Shown: positions 28,054 through 37,090 of the stretch, piece by piece
Layout: each line of letters opens with the position of its first letter
How positions within the stretch are numbered: position 1 is the stretch's first letter
Assembly: GCA_951813285.1 (NCBI GenBank)
Contig: OX638355.1
Span: forward strand, 837,136 to 901,135
DNA from: Terriglobia bacterium
Lineage (GTDB): Bacteria > Acidobacteriota > Terriglobia > Versatilivoradales > Versatilivoraceae
DNA: 64,000 nt
Reading direction: 5' to 3'
Made by a program: the position numbers and the translations under genes
Notes under the pieces: model-generated
Told to the model about the DNA's origin: nothing
The model's input: only the letters and a program-made list of their open reading frames with translations
Databases searched by the model: none

Positions 28054-30996
28054 TCACTCGCTCCCGGCCCTGGGCGGCCCCGCCAGCACGAGGTCCAGGG
28101 GCTCCTCACCGCAGTGTTTCAAGACCTCGGCGTAGGCTGCATCCCTCAATCGGATCATTTCCGGCCACCCCTGTCCTCTTGGCTGGATGGCCGGACTGAC
28201 AACCACCCGGAGGGGGGCTGGCGAGGGCAGCAACCGGCCGTCGCGGAGCACCTGCCGCGTTCCGTGAAGAGTCACCGGCAGCAGGAGGGATCCCGTATCG
28301 GCCGCCAACTTGAAGGCTCCCATCTGAAAGGGCCTCAGTCCACTGGCATGAGTGAAGGTGCCTTCAGGGAACAAGTGGATCGGGGTTCCGTTCAGCAACC
28401 TCTCCTCGATTCGGCGGCTGTCCTGAACCGCCTCGGGCACGTGTTCGCGGTCGACGGTGAGGTAATCGGACCGACGAATGAAGGTGCCCACGAAGGGCCA
28501 GGAGGCGGCCTCCCGCTTGGCCACAAAGCAAAAGTCGAAGGGCAGGGCCGCCACCAACACCAGGATATCCAGATAGCTGGCGTGGTTGGAAATGATCAGC
28601 AACCGCTGCTTGCCCGAACGGTCGACCGCCGGCAGGTGCTCCAGGCCGGCCACCACCGGCCGCAGCCCCCCCAATCGGAGAGTGATCCGCGAGATCCTTC
28701 TGAGCAGGGCCGGGCCGGCACGAGGTCCGGCTCGCGCGGGCGTCAACAGCAGCAACACCCAGCAGGGAAGGCCGACCGCAACCAGGACCATCCAGACGTA
28801 GCTGCCATAGACCCACCGCCCCGCGGCCCCGATTGCCCGGCGGCTCCGCTGTCGCAGGCTCCGGAGAGCCAGTCGAGCCACCTGCAACCAAACCGCCGAA
28901 CTCGGGGAATCGAGCTTGCCTTGCAGGTAGAGGCGGCGACAGCTGTCCCTTCGGATCTTGCCGCTGGAGGTCTTGGGGACGCTTTGGGGGGGAACCAGCA
29001 CAACCTCGTCAAGAGGGATTCCCAATTCGGAGTCCATCCTCTCCCTGATGGCCGCAGCCAGCCTCTCTTTCTCCTCGGGTCCGGTTCGACGCGTTTCGGC
29101 CACCAGCACCAGGCGCTCGCCCGCCATCCGTCTTCCACTGACTCCGAATGCAGCCACGCAGCCACGCCGAACGCCCTGGACATCCCCCGCGATATGCTCC
29201 AGTTCCTGGGGGTAGAGATTTCGCCCCCCCTGGATGATGATGTCTTTTACCCGCCCGGTTACGAAGAGTTCTCCATCCGCCAGGTAGCCCAGGTCACCCG
29301 TCTTCAACCAGTCGTCCTGAAAAACCTCGGCAGTGGCCTCGGCTCTTCCGAAGTAACCCTGCATGACGGAGGGCCCGCGACACTGAATGTGGCCCTGGGT
29401 GCGGTCGGGAAGCGGATCTCCGGCACTACTGACGATTCTTACCTGGTGTCCGGACAAAGGCCGGCCGGCCGAGACAAAGGTCAGCGGCTTCACGGCTTGA
29501 CCGGAGGCGGGCTTCGCCCGTCCGGTCCTTTCAAAAAGGGCCCTGTCGATGGGGTCCAGACGAGCCCTTCGGCTCAGGGGCGGGATGGTCACCGCCAGCG
29601 AAGACTCGGCCAGGCCATATACCGGCAGCAGGGTTTCCGGGCGGAAGCCATAGGGCTGAAACCGCCGTGAAAACCCCTCCAGGGTCTCGGGTTGAACCGG
29701 CTCGGCGCCGTTCAGCGTCGCCCGCAAACAGGAAACGTCCAGTCCCTCCAGGTCCTGAGCGTCGACCCGCCGCATGCAGAGCTCGTAGGCGAAGTTGGGC
29801 GCGGCCGAGAGAGTGGCGCGATAGCGGTGTATGGCCCACAGCCAGCGCTCCGGGCGGGTCAAAAACGCCTGGGGCGACAGGATCACGATAGGAACGCCCA
29901 GATAGAGGCAGGAGAGCCAGGCTCCGATCAGGCCCATGTCGTGGTAAAGGGGAAGCCAGCTCACCCCCACGTCCCTTGAGTCGATCTTCAGCGCCGCCGC
30001 GATGGCCCGAATATTGGCAATCAGATTGGAATGGGTCAAGACCACTCCCTTGGGGTCCCCGGTGCTCCCCGAGGTGTACTGAATGAAGGCGATATCCTGG
30101 GGCAGGGGCCGCACCACGGTCCCGGAGGCCTTGCCCAGGCTTTCGGGAGTCACCACCTTTTCCAGGCCCGGCACCTGGCCGCGCAACAGCCGCGCCAAGG
30201 ACCCGACCTCCTGAAAGGTCACCAGCAGCCGTGCCCCGGCATCGGCCAGTATCTTGGCCTGACGCTGGGCGTATTCCTCGATGCGGTTGGCCCGCCAGGG
30301 GGGATATAGGGGCACCGGAACGGCGCCGGCCAGGATGGCGCCGAAAAAAACCGGGAAGAATTCGGGGGCGGTGGGGAGCATGAGCGCAACCCGGTCCCCA
30401 GGTTGCACACCCGCCCGCTGCCGGAGGGCCGCCGCCACCGCAGCACTGTCCGAGAGCAGGCCGGCATAGGTGATCGGATGCATCTCCCCATTCTCCAGCC
30501 GCAATTGAATGTGGACCCGCTCCGGGGCGCTCTCGGCAAAATGGAAGAGAGCTTCCTCCAGGGTGGAGGGCCAACCGCCGTCGCGGTTCCAGGCATCCAC
30601 GCCTCCCGGCCGCGGACGGCCTTCCAACGTCTGCTGAATCAGGAGGGGGTCGGTGGAGTCAGTGGGGGGGGAGGGCGATGCCGAGATTTCGGCCCGAGGC
30701 CTGGCCGTCGTCACCGCCCGGACCAGGTCCCGGACTGTTTCGGCCCCGGCAAGGAGTTGGTCCGGCAACTTGAGAGAGAGCTCTCTTTCAAGTCGCAGCA
30801 GCAGCTCCACCCGTTCCAGGCTGGCCAGTCCCAGCTCACGCTCCAGCGAAGCCCTCGGCGAGAGGTGACGCAGGGCCCGGTGAGACCCCAGTTCAGCCAG
30901 GAAAGAACGAAGGACCCCGAGAATCTCTTCCTCCAATTCCTTCTGGTCCGGTTTCCCCGAGCCGGCAGGGGAGGGTTCAGTCTCCAGGGAATTCAT
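28054..30996 (-). CDS. ACP - fatty acyl-AMP ligase - PlsC-type acyltransferase fusion
   Basis: LGLASLERVEL carrier Ser motif; QYTSGSTGDPKG, SWLPLYHDMGL, YGLAE plus FAAL-type insertion, PKTSSGK; NHASYLD and FPEGT acyltransferase motifs. Confidence 0.9.
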   Translation of the reverse strand: MNSLETEPSPAGSGKPDQKELEEEILGVLRSFLAELGSHRALRHLSPRASLERELGLASLERVELLLRLERELSLKLPDQLLAGAETVRDLVRAVTTARPRAEISASPSPPTDSTDPLLIQQTLEGRPRPGGVDAWNRDGGWPSTLEEALFHFAESAPERVHIQLRLENGEMHPITYAGLLSDSAAVAAALRQRAGVQPGDRVALMLPTAPEFFPVFFGAILAGAVPVPLYPPWRANRIEEYAQRQAKILADAGARLLVTFQEVGSLARLLRGQVPGLEKVVTPESLGKASGTVVRPLPQDIAFIQYTSGSTGDPKGVVLTHSNLIANIRAIAAALKIDSRDVGVSWLPLYHDMGLIGAWLSCLYLGVPIVILSPQAFLTRPERWLWAIHRYRATLSAAPNFAYELCMRRVDAQDLEGLDVSCLRATLNGAEPVQPETLEGFSRRFQPYGFRPETLLPVYGLAESSLAVTIPPLSRRARLDPIDRALFERTGRAKPASGQAVKPLTFVSAGRPLSGHQVRIVSSAGDPLPDRTQGHIQCRGPSVMQGYFGRAEATAEVFQDDWLKTGDLGYLADGELFVTGRVKDIIIQGGRNLYPQELEHIAGDVQGVRRGCVAAFGVSGRRMAGERLVLVAETRRTGPEEKERLAAAIRERMDSELGIPLDEVVLVPPQSVPKTSSGKIRRDSCRRLYLQGKLDSPSSAVWLQVARLALRSLRQRSRRAIGAAGRWVYGSYVWMVLVAVGLPCWVLLLLTPARAGPRAGPALLRRISRITLRLGGLRPVVAGLEHLPAVDRSGKQRLLIISNHASYLDILVLVAALPFDFCFVAKREAASWPFVGTFIRRSDYLTVDREHVPEAVQDSRRIEERLLNGTPIHLFPEGTFTHASGLRPFQMGAFKLAADTGSLLLPVTLHGTRQVLRDGRLLPSPAPLRVVVSPAIQPRGQGWPEMIRLRDAAYAEVLKHCGEEPLDLVLAGPPRAGSE

Positions 30997-31081
30997 GGAG
31001 TATGCGTCTTCCAGGCAGCCCGCCGCGGGGACTGCAGGGTTCGGTGCTGCCGATCAGGGGTTTGCGGGCGAAACCGCTGGC

Positions 31082-31230
31082 ATCTTAGCACAGGTGGGTC
31101 AGCCGGACGGGCGGGCCCACCTGTCTCACCGGGGAAGTGAGCTCTTAGGGATTGATGAACTTGGGAGCCGAATTTGGGAATTGTTGGCGAAGAAAAAGTG
31201 ATGGCCGCACTCAAGGGAGTGAAAACTCTC
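31082..31230 (+). pseudogene. decayed PqqD/RRE-family gene
   Basis: QPDGRAHLSHRGSELLGIDELGSRIWELL, then EEKVMAALK in the -1 frame; resembles the PqqD pattern DGEAVLL..YFGLDEVGxRIWELL. Confidence 0.5.
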
Positions 31231-31243
31231 CTGCCGGAGCATG

Positions 31244-31531
31244 CAGCCCATACCATTTTCCAATATCGGGTGCGACCTGGTGAAAAATGGGAGTTCACCA
31301 CAAAAAGCACAAAAGTCACAAAACGAATTTCTTGATTTCGAGTCTTGACGATCCGAGGTTGATCCCCATGGCGTCGCGTTGACCGGATGTAGGCAGATAG
31401 CGCGGAACTTGTGCGACATGTTCGAGAGTCAACGCCTTGCAGGCTTTCAGTGTTCTGCTCTTTTTGTGTTTCTTGTGCCTTTTGTGGCCATTCCCAGCAA
31501 AGGTCCCGCTACTGAATATTGTAATAGGCTG
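31244..31531. mobile_element. MITE/REPIN-like element with nested imperfect inverted repeats
   Basis: Outer IR 31244-31270 vs 31505-31531 (19/27 by eye); inner IR 31289-31326 vs 31459-31496 built from CACAAAA units. Confidence 0.55.
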
Positions 31532-31600
31532 GAGAGTGAAACAATCAGAAATCGACCATCCCGTCGCGACCTTGGTACCCCGTCGCGGTTAACCCCAACG

Positions 31601-31640
31601 CCTTCGTGGCCCTTCGTCGTCCTTCGTGGCCCTTCGTGGA
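31601..31640. repeat. 4 x 10-nt tandem CCTTCGTGGC followed by a pyrimidine tract
   Basis: ccttcgtggc ccttcgtcgt ccttcgtggc ccttcgtgga, about 30 nt downstream of the metK stop. Confidence 0.8.
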
Positions 31641-31671
31641 TAGCTCTTTTTCTTTTTCCTTTTGTTTCAAA

Positions 31672-32877
31672 TCAGCTCGCGCTGGATGCGGCTGCCCGGG
31701 CGAGCCGGCCCAAGGCTTCGGCCCGATCGGTCTTCTCCCAACTGAACGAACCGTCCGCGCCGACAGGCCTCCCGAAGTGGCCGTAGGCGGCCGTGGCCCT
31801 GAATATCGGGCGCTTCAGCGAGAGCGCGTCGATGATTCCCTTGGGGCGAAGATCGAAGACCTCTCGAACCACCCCCACCAGCTCCTCGCCGCTCAGCTTG
31901 CCGGTGCCGAAGGTGTCGACCAGAATCGAAACGGGACGCGCAACACCGATGGCATAAGCGAGCTGCACCTCGCATTTCGCCGCCAGGCCCGCCGCCACGA
32001 TGTTCTTGGCCACATAACGAGCCGCGTAGGCGGCGCTGCGATCCACCTTGGATGGGTCCTTCCCCGAAAATGCCCCGCCGCCGTGACGAGCCCAGCCCCC
32101 GTAGGTGTCCACGATGATCTTGCGGCCCGTCAATCCCGTATCCCCCTGGGGCCCTCCGCGGACAAATTTTCCCGTGGGATTGACATAGTACCGGGTCCGA
32201 TCGTCCAGCAGGCCGGCAGGGACGACGGGGCCCACAACCTGTTCCAGGACATCTTCATAGATCCGGCGGTGAGCAGCGCTTTCCTGATGCTGGGTCGAGA
32301 TGACCAGCGTATCGATGCGCGCCGGCTTGCCGTCCGCATATTCCACCGTCACCTGGCTCTTGCTGTCGGGCCGGATATAGTCCAGCGCTCCGATTTTACG
32401 CAGCCTGGCCAGTTCCTCGACCAGCTTCTGCGCCAGAACGATAGGGGTCGGCATGAGTTCGGGAGTCTCGTCACAGGCGTAGCCGAACATCATGCCCTGG
32501 TCCCCGGCCCCCTGCTCCTTGAAAAGCCCCGTGCCCTCGGTGACACCTTGAGAGATGTCCTCCGACTGGGGATCGATCCTGACGTCTACCCGACAGCTCC
32601 CATAGTCGAAACCAACTCCACCTTCCAGGTAGCCGATGTCCCGAATGGTGTCTCTGACGACGCTCTCGACGTCGACCGAGTCTTTGGCCTTGGAGGTCAC
32701 TTCCCCCGCAACCAGGCAATAGTCGGTGGTCACCAGCGTCTCGCAGGCGACTCGCGACTCCGGATCGGCGGCGATGTAGGCATCGACGATAGCGTCGGAA
32801 ACCTGATCCGCAACCTTGTCGGGATGTCCTTCCGAAACGGCCTCACTGGTGAACAGCATCCTTTCCGTATCTGCCAT
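31672..32877 (-). CDS. metK: S-adenosylmethionine synthetase
   Basis: [33 protein letters not shown]. Confidence 0.98.
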   Translation of the reverse strand: MADTERMLFTSEAVSEGHPDKVADQVSDAIVDAYIAADPESRVACETLVTTDYCLVAGEVTSKAKDSVDVESVVRDTIRDIGYLEGGVGFDYGSCRVDVRIDPQSEDISQGVTEGTGLFKEQGAGDQGMMFGYACDETPELMPTPIVLAQKLVEELARLRKIGALDYIRPDSKSQVTVEYADGKPARIDTLVISTQHQESAAHRRIYEDVLEQVVGPVVPAGLLDDRTRYYVNPTGKFVRGGPQGDTGLTGRKIIVDTYGGWARHGGGAFSGKDPSKVDRSAAYAARYVAKNIVAAGLAAKCEVQLAYAIGVARPVSILVDTFGTGKLSGEELVGVVREVFDLRPKGIIDALSLKRPIFRATAAYGHFGRPVGADGSFSWEKTDRAEALGRLARAAASSAS

Positions 32878-33017
32878 GACTGCCTACTCCCTCGATAGTC
32901 TCGTTACCGTCGCCGCAATCCAATGCTGCGGGTAAACCGGAAACTCGTCATATAATTCCACTTCAGCCCCGCCGGGAACCGTTTGGCCCGGTCCCTGGCC
33001 TTGGGGCGAGCGGCTGA

Positions 33018-33047
33018 ACGATAGTCTTGGGCCTTCAGGTTTGTCAA
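33018..33047 (-). promoter_or_regulatory. candidate sigma70 promoter of metK
   Basis: TTGACA-18 nt-TATCGT on the minus strand. Confidence 0.45.
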
Positions 33048-33142
33048 GCCCATTGCCGTAGGGGTCGGGCGGGTGGAATAGTACTGTATCCAGCGACCCG
33101 GCGAGAAATACAGACCAGGATCAACAAGGAGCAGACGACGTC

Positions 33143-34318
33143 ATGACCCTCGATATCCAGGAAGTTCAAGAGCAGTTAACGGCCATGAAGATGGATGGAT
33201 GGCTGCTTTACGATTTTCAAGGCCTCAATCCGATTGCCCGAAAGCTGCTGGGGCTTCAGGATGCCCTGCTGACCAGACGTTGGTTCTGCTGGATCCCTTC
33301 CCGCGGCCCCGTGACCTTGCTTTGCCACCGTATCGAGCGTCAAGGGTTCGAGCAACTGCCTGCGCCCACCGTGCTCTTCAGCAGTTGGGAGGAGATGCAG
33401 ACGGGTCTGGAACGTCTGCTGCAGGGAAGCACACGGGTAGCCATGGAGTATTCTCCCCATTGCTACATTCCCTACGTTTCCAGGGTGGACGCCGGCACCC
33501 TGGAGCTGGTTCGAAGTCTCGGCAAGACGGTGGTTTCCTCGGCCGATCTGGTCCAATACTTCGAGGCTCGCTGGAGCCGGCAGCAGCTCCAGACCCACCT
33601 CCAGGCCAGTCGTCTGCTGATGGAAGTCTTGTTCGAGACCTTCCAACAGGTGGGGGAGGCCAGCCGCAACCGCGTTCCTCTCAACGAGCACCAGTTGCAA
33701 CAGAGCATGTGCCAAAGGTACCGGGAACGGGGCCTGGAGTCCTCTTCCCCTCCCATTGTGGCCGTCAACCAAAACAGCGGGAACCCTCACTATGAGCCAC
33801 GGGCCGGGGCTTCGGCACCCATCCGGACGGGGGACCTGCTGCTCATCGATTTCTGGGCCAAGCTTTCCACCTCGCAGGCCGTCTACGCCGACTACACCTG
33901 GGTTGCCTTCCTGGGAGAGTCGCTCCCCGCAAAGGTCGTCCGGGTCTGGGACATTGTTCGGGAAGCGCGGGACCGCACCCTCGAGTTCGTGCGTGCCGGG
34001 ACCAGCCGGCGGACCGCCGTACGGGGATGGGAAGTCGACGAGGTCGCCCGCCAGGTGATCTCCCGGGCCGGGTTCGGGGAGTATTTCATCCACCGGACCG
34101 GTCACAGCATTGGGGAGTCGGACCACGGCAACGGAGCCAACATGGATGGATTGGAAACCAGGGACGAACGGCTCCTGATTCCGCGCACCTGCTTTTCCAT
34201 AGAGCCGGGTGTCTACTTGCCGGATTTCGGAATCCGCAGCGAGTTGAACGTTTACCTGGGGGAGGAAGAGCTGGTGGTTACCGGGGACCCCATCCAGCAG
34301 GAGATACGAAAGATCTGA
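33143..34318 (+). CDS. M24 family (Xaa-Pro aminopeptidase-like) metallopeptidase
   Basis: LLIDFW, YADYTW, HRTGHSIG, FSIEPGVY, GIRSE metal ligands; AGGAG SD. Confidence 0.92.
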   Translation: MTLDIQEVQEQLTAMKMDGWLLYDFQGLNPIARKLLGLQDALLTRRWFCWIPSRGPVTLLCHRIERQGFEQLPAPTVLFSSWEEMQTGLERLLQGSTRVAMEYSPHCYIPYVSRVDAGTLELVRSLGKTVVSSADLVQYFEARWSRQQLQTHLQASRLLMEVLFETFQQVGEASRNRVPLNEHQLQQSMCQRYRERGLESSSPPIVAVNQNSGNPHYEPRAGASAPIRTGDLLLIDFWAKLSTSQAVYADYTWVAFLGESLPAKVVRVWDIVREARDRTLEFVRAGTSRRTAVRGWEVDEVARQVISRAGFGEYFIHRTGHSIGESDHGNGANMDGLETRDERLLIPRTCFSIEPGVYLPDFGIRSELNVYLGEEELVVTGDPIQQEIRKI

Positions 34319-34336
34319 ACAGCCGGGGGGCGCCGC

Positions 34337-35059
34337 TCAGCCCCGCCTCCTGGAGAGGCGCCTGTCCAATGCAGTCAGGCTGTCGATGAGCTTTTTTCTC
34401 TGGGCGGAGGCAAAGCGATTCATCTGCTGCAGGTCGAGAAAGAGCTGGCTGGAATCGCCCCGCACATCCCGAAAAGCCCGGAACAGTTGGGCGGGGCCTG
34501 GCGTGGCCAGGGATTCCGAGTCCACTTTCATCCGGGAAAATCCTTGAGCCAGGAAGTGAAACAGGGCTTGCGTCCTGGCCATGGCTCGATCATGTTCGGT
34601 AGGCGTGGTCAGGGTCGCCTTCAACCCCAGGGTCTCGAGGTACTGTTTGACTTTCGGGACCCGCCCCCCCCTTCCCGGGCAGAGAACCACTTCCAACCCG
34701 GCGATCCCGTGCCGTCCCGTCTCCGGTCCGAAGAGGGGATGGGTCCCCAACACTTCGACCGACTCGGGGAAGTGTTCCAGCATGAGCCGAAGCGGCTCCT
34801 CCTTGACGGAGCAGGTGTCCATGACCAGTTGGCCCGGCGCCAGCAACGGCCCCAAGCGGCGGCACAGTCGCTCCATTTGGGAGATGGGGACGCAAAGCAG
34901 CAGGCAGGGCTTACGGGCTACCTCCTGCAGGGTGCCGCGGCAGACCTCCGGATCCCCCGAGGAACTCTTGGGGTCGTAGGCGGACACCGAGAAATCCCTG
35001 CCGAGGATCCGGGCGGCAAATTGACCGAACCTTCCAAAGCCGACGATGCCGATTTCCAC
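34337..35059 (-). CDS. prephenate/arogenate dehydrogenase family protein (TyrA-like)
   Basis: IGIVGFGRFG Rossmann motif, DTCSVK, THPLFGP, EHDRAMA. Confidence 0.85.
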   Translation of the reverse strand: MEIGIVGFGRFGQFAARILGRDFSVSAYDPKSSSGDPEVCRGTLQEVARKPCLLLCVPISQMERLCRRLGPLLAPGQLVMDTCSVKEEPLRLMLEHFPESVEVLGTHPLFGPETGRHGIAGLEVVLCPGRGGRVPKVKQYLETLGLKATLTTPTEHDRAMARTQALFHFLAQGFSRMKVDSESLATPGPAQLFRAFRDVRGDSSQLFLDLQQMNRFASAQRKKLIDSLTALDRRLSRRRG

Positions 35060-35193
35060 ACCTTCTCCCGATGAGTAGCCGGGGGCATGCCCCAATGGTG
35101 GTGGTTTGCGATGACCGTCTCGATGGAGGGGTGGGGAGCCCCAAGGCTGTCGATTCAAAACCCGGCGGAGGCCTGGGCGAGCAGGGGGGAGGG

Positions 35194-35234
35194 CGATTCA
35201 CAACCGGAGAGGCTCCCCTCCCGGCTGTGAATCG
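35194..35234. terminator. long GC-rich hairpin downstream of the TPR gene
   Basis: CGATTCACA.CCGG ... CCGG.TGTGAATCG stem; no U-tract, so termination role uncertain. Confidence 0.45.
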
Positions 35235-35256
35235 TTGGCTGAGACCGGAGAAGGGG

Positions 35257-36258
35257 CTACTTCAACTCTGCCATGGCGGCCTGCCTGATGCGGTCGAGAC
35301 CGTCCAGCGACCCCCCGGTGGCGGCTCTGAAGAGGGCCTCCAGGGCCTTTGTGGCCCGGCTACCGTAGTTGCCGCCGAGCCCCTCGGCTTGGGCCAGGAG
35401 CTTCATCGCCACCCGGTTCTCCTTCAGTTGCCATTGGCTCATTCCCATGTGGTAGTAGGCCGCGGAGTCTCTGGGCTTGAACCTCAAGCTGCTCCGGTAA
35501 TTGACCAGCGCCGGGCGCCACCGCTTTCGATTGAAGTGATTCAGCCCAATGGTTGCATAGAGCTGGCCCTTGACGTTGTTCCAGTTCTCCTCGGAAAAGC
35601 CGGGGGGCAGTTCAGCGCCTTCGTAAGCCGCCAGCATCTTTTGGGCGTAGCCCGCCGCTCGGCCGACACTTCTGCGCCGGGCGTAGTGATCAAAGAGCTT
35701 GATGTTGTAGGGAAATGCCTCCTTGTCGCTTTTCCCCTCGGTCACAATCCGGGCGTAGGTCCCGAACTTATTGCCGTCCTTTAGCTTGTCGTAGCAATCG
35801 GCCAAGGCGGCGGCGAGGCCCGGGGTAGGCTTCTTGGCATAGAGCTGCTCGCCGTACCTGGCCGCCTTGGAGTAGTTCTTGGTGGCGTAATAGGCCTCCA
35901 GAGCTCCTCCCAGTCCTCTTTCGTCGCCCGGCAGCAGTCGAAGCAACTCCTCCGACGCGCGGCCCAGCGCAGCCATGTCCTTCTTCTGGTAAAGTTCCAC
36001 CACCCACTGCTGAGTGGCGCTGAGGGCTTGTTTTTGCGCGTAGTCCTTATACTGCGAGTCCGGGTGGGCCCTGACAAACGCGTTCAGCGCATCGGCCTTT
36101 GCCTTCCAACCGTTGGCCTTCAGCGCCTTATCCAGCACGGCGTATTCCTTCCGGGCCTTTGCGTTCGGGTCCGCCTGCGCCGGTGCCGCCATCAAGGGAT
36201 CGAGGGACAACCCCAACCCCAGCAACAGTGTTAGAACCAAGGATGCGACTTTTACCAT
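35257..36258 (-). CDS. secreted TPR-repeat protein
   Basis: Signal peptide MVKVASLVLTLLLGLGL...MAA; helical Ala/Tyr-rich TPR-like repeats; GGGAGG SD. Confidence 0.75.
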   Translation of the reverse strand: MVKVASLVLTLLLGLGLSLDPLMAAPAQADPNAKARKEYAVLDKALKANGWKAKADALNAFVRAHPDSQYKDYAQKQALSATQQWVVELYQKKDMAALGRASEELLRLLPGDERGLGGALEAYYATKNYSKAARYGEQLYAKKPTPGLAAALADCYDKLKDGNKFGTYARIVTEGKSDKEAFPYNIKLFDHYARRRSVGRAAGYAQKMLAAYEGAELPPGFSEENWNNVKGQLYATIGLNHFNRKRWRPALVNYRSSLRFKPRDSAAYYHMGMSQWQLKENRVAMKLLAQAEGLGGNYGSRATKALEALFRAATGGSLDGLDRIRQAAMAELK

Positions 36259-36349
36259 GATATCCTCCCAACGACACTTCATTGGCATTGCCCTTCCCTG
36301 GCTTGCCGACGAAGAGCATTCCTTAACTGGTCTCAAACAGGTAAAGGGA

Positions 36350-36378
36350 ATTATCGGGATTTGCCGGTTGCCTGTCAA
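36350..36378 (-). promoter_or_regulatory. sigma70 promoter for the TPR gene
   Basis: TTGACA-17 nt-GATAAT on the minus strand. Confidence 0.65.
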
Positions 36379-36554
36379 TAGTCATGCAACTCCGGCGCGG
36401 TGGAAGGGGCAACCCGGCCTCCACCGGGACACCTCTGCCGGATGAGAGGCCGCCGAAAGGGTTTCGGAATCGACGGCTTGGATGCTATAAGAACCCTTGG
36501 ACTCTGCCTCGGCTCGGACCAAGGCATCCCGCACCCTCACAAAGGAGTTGGCAC

Positions 36555-36923
36555 TTGAACAGGAAGACCGACCGGACTTCGGAGGACGCCCCCACGCCGT
36601 CTCATCCCAATGAGCCGGCTGGCAGGATCGAGAGCTACAGCATGCTGGCTCCGCGCATGAAGAGGATCTACTTCGATTTCTACGCGGAGACCTACAAGGA
36701 ATCCCGTCTGGACCGCAAGACCAAGGAGCTCATCGCGATTTCCGCCTCGCTGACGGCCAAGTGTCAGGGCTGCCTGGAGGGCCACATCAAGAAGGCCATC
36801 AAGCTGGGCGTTACCAAGGAAGAAATCAGCGAGACCATCGCCATCGCCATGGGAGTCAACGCCGCGGCCGTCGTGGATGTGACCGATATCGCCGCAGCCA
36901 ACCTCAACCTGAAACACTACTGA
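36555..36923 (+). CDS. carboxymuconolactone decarboxylase/AhpD-like protein
   Basis: LDRKTKELIAI...CQGCLEGH...GVTKEEI; TTG 36555 after AAGGAG (alternative ATG 36642). Confidence 0.87.
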   Translation: MNRKTDRTSEDAPTPSHPNEPAGRIESYSMLAPRMKRIYFDFYAETYKESRLDRKTKELIAISASLTAKCQGCLEGHIKKAIKLGVTKEEISETIAIAMGVNAAAVVDVTDIAAANLNLKHY

Positions 36924-37090
36924 ACGTCTGCGCGCCAGCACGCGGTCGAGGACTGTCTTCGAAACACACTCCCAATTATTGGCGACAGAGCTGCTGCAAA
37001 CGGACTCTTCTGCCTAATGTAAGAGAATTTGCGGCCTTGTTTGCGAAAGGCTTTCCCCGAAAGCGCCCCCGGCGGCGCACTCTCCCCCCT

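Noticed and set aside
31601-31640. Tandem repeats as a possible CRISPR array
   Set aside because: 10-nt units with no spacers, and no cas genes in the window.
32880-33060. Canonical SAM-I or SAH riboswitch before metK
   Set aside because: Core motifs (ATCnAGAG/GCAACC; GAGGAGCG..CAGGCTC) not found; kept only as an unclassified leader.
33098-33116. CCGGCGAGAAATACAG as another MITE end
   Set aside because: The distal GCGGGCT part is missing; could be chance.
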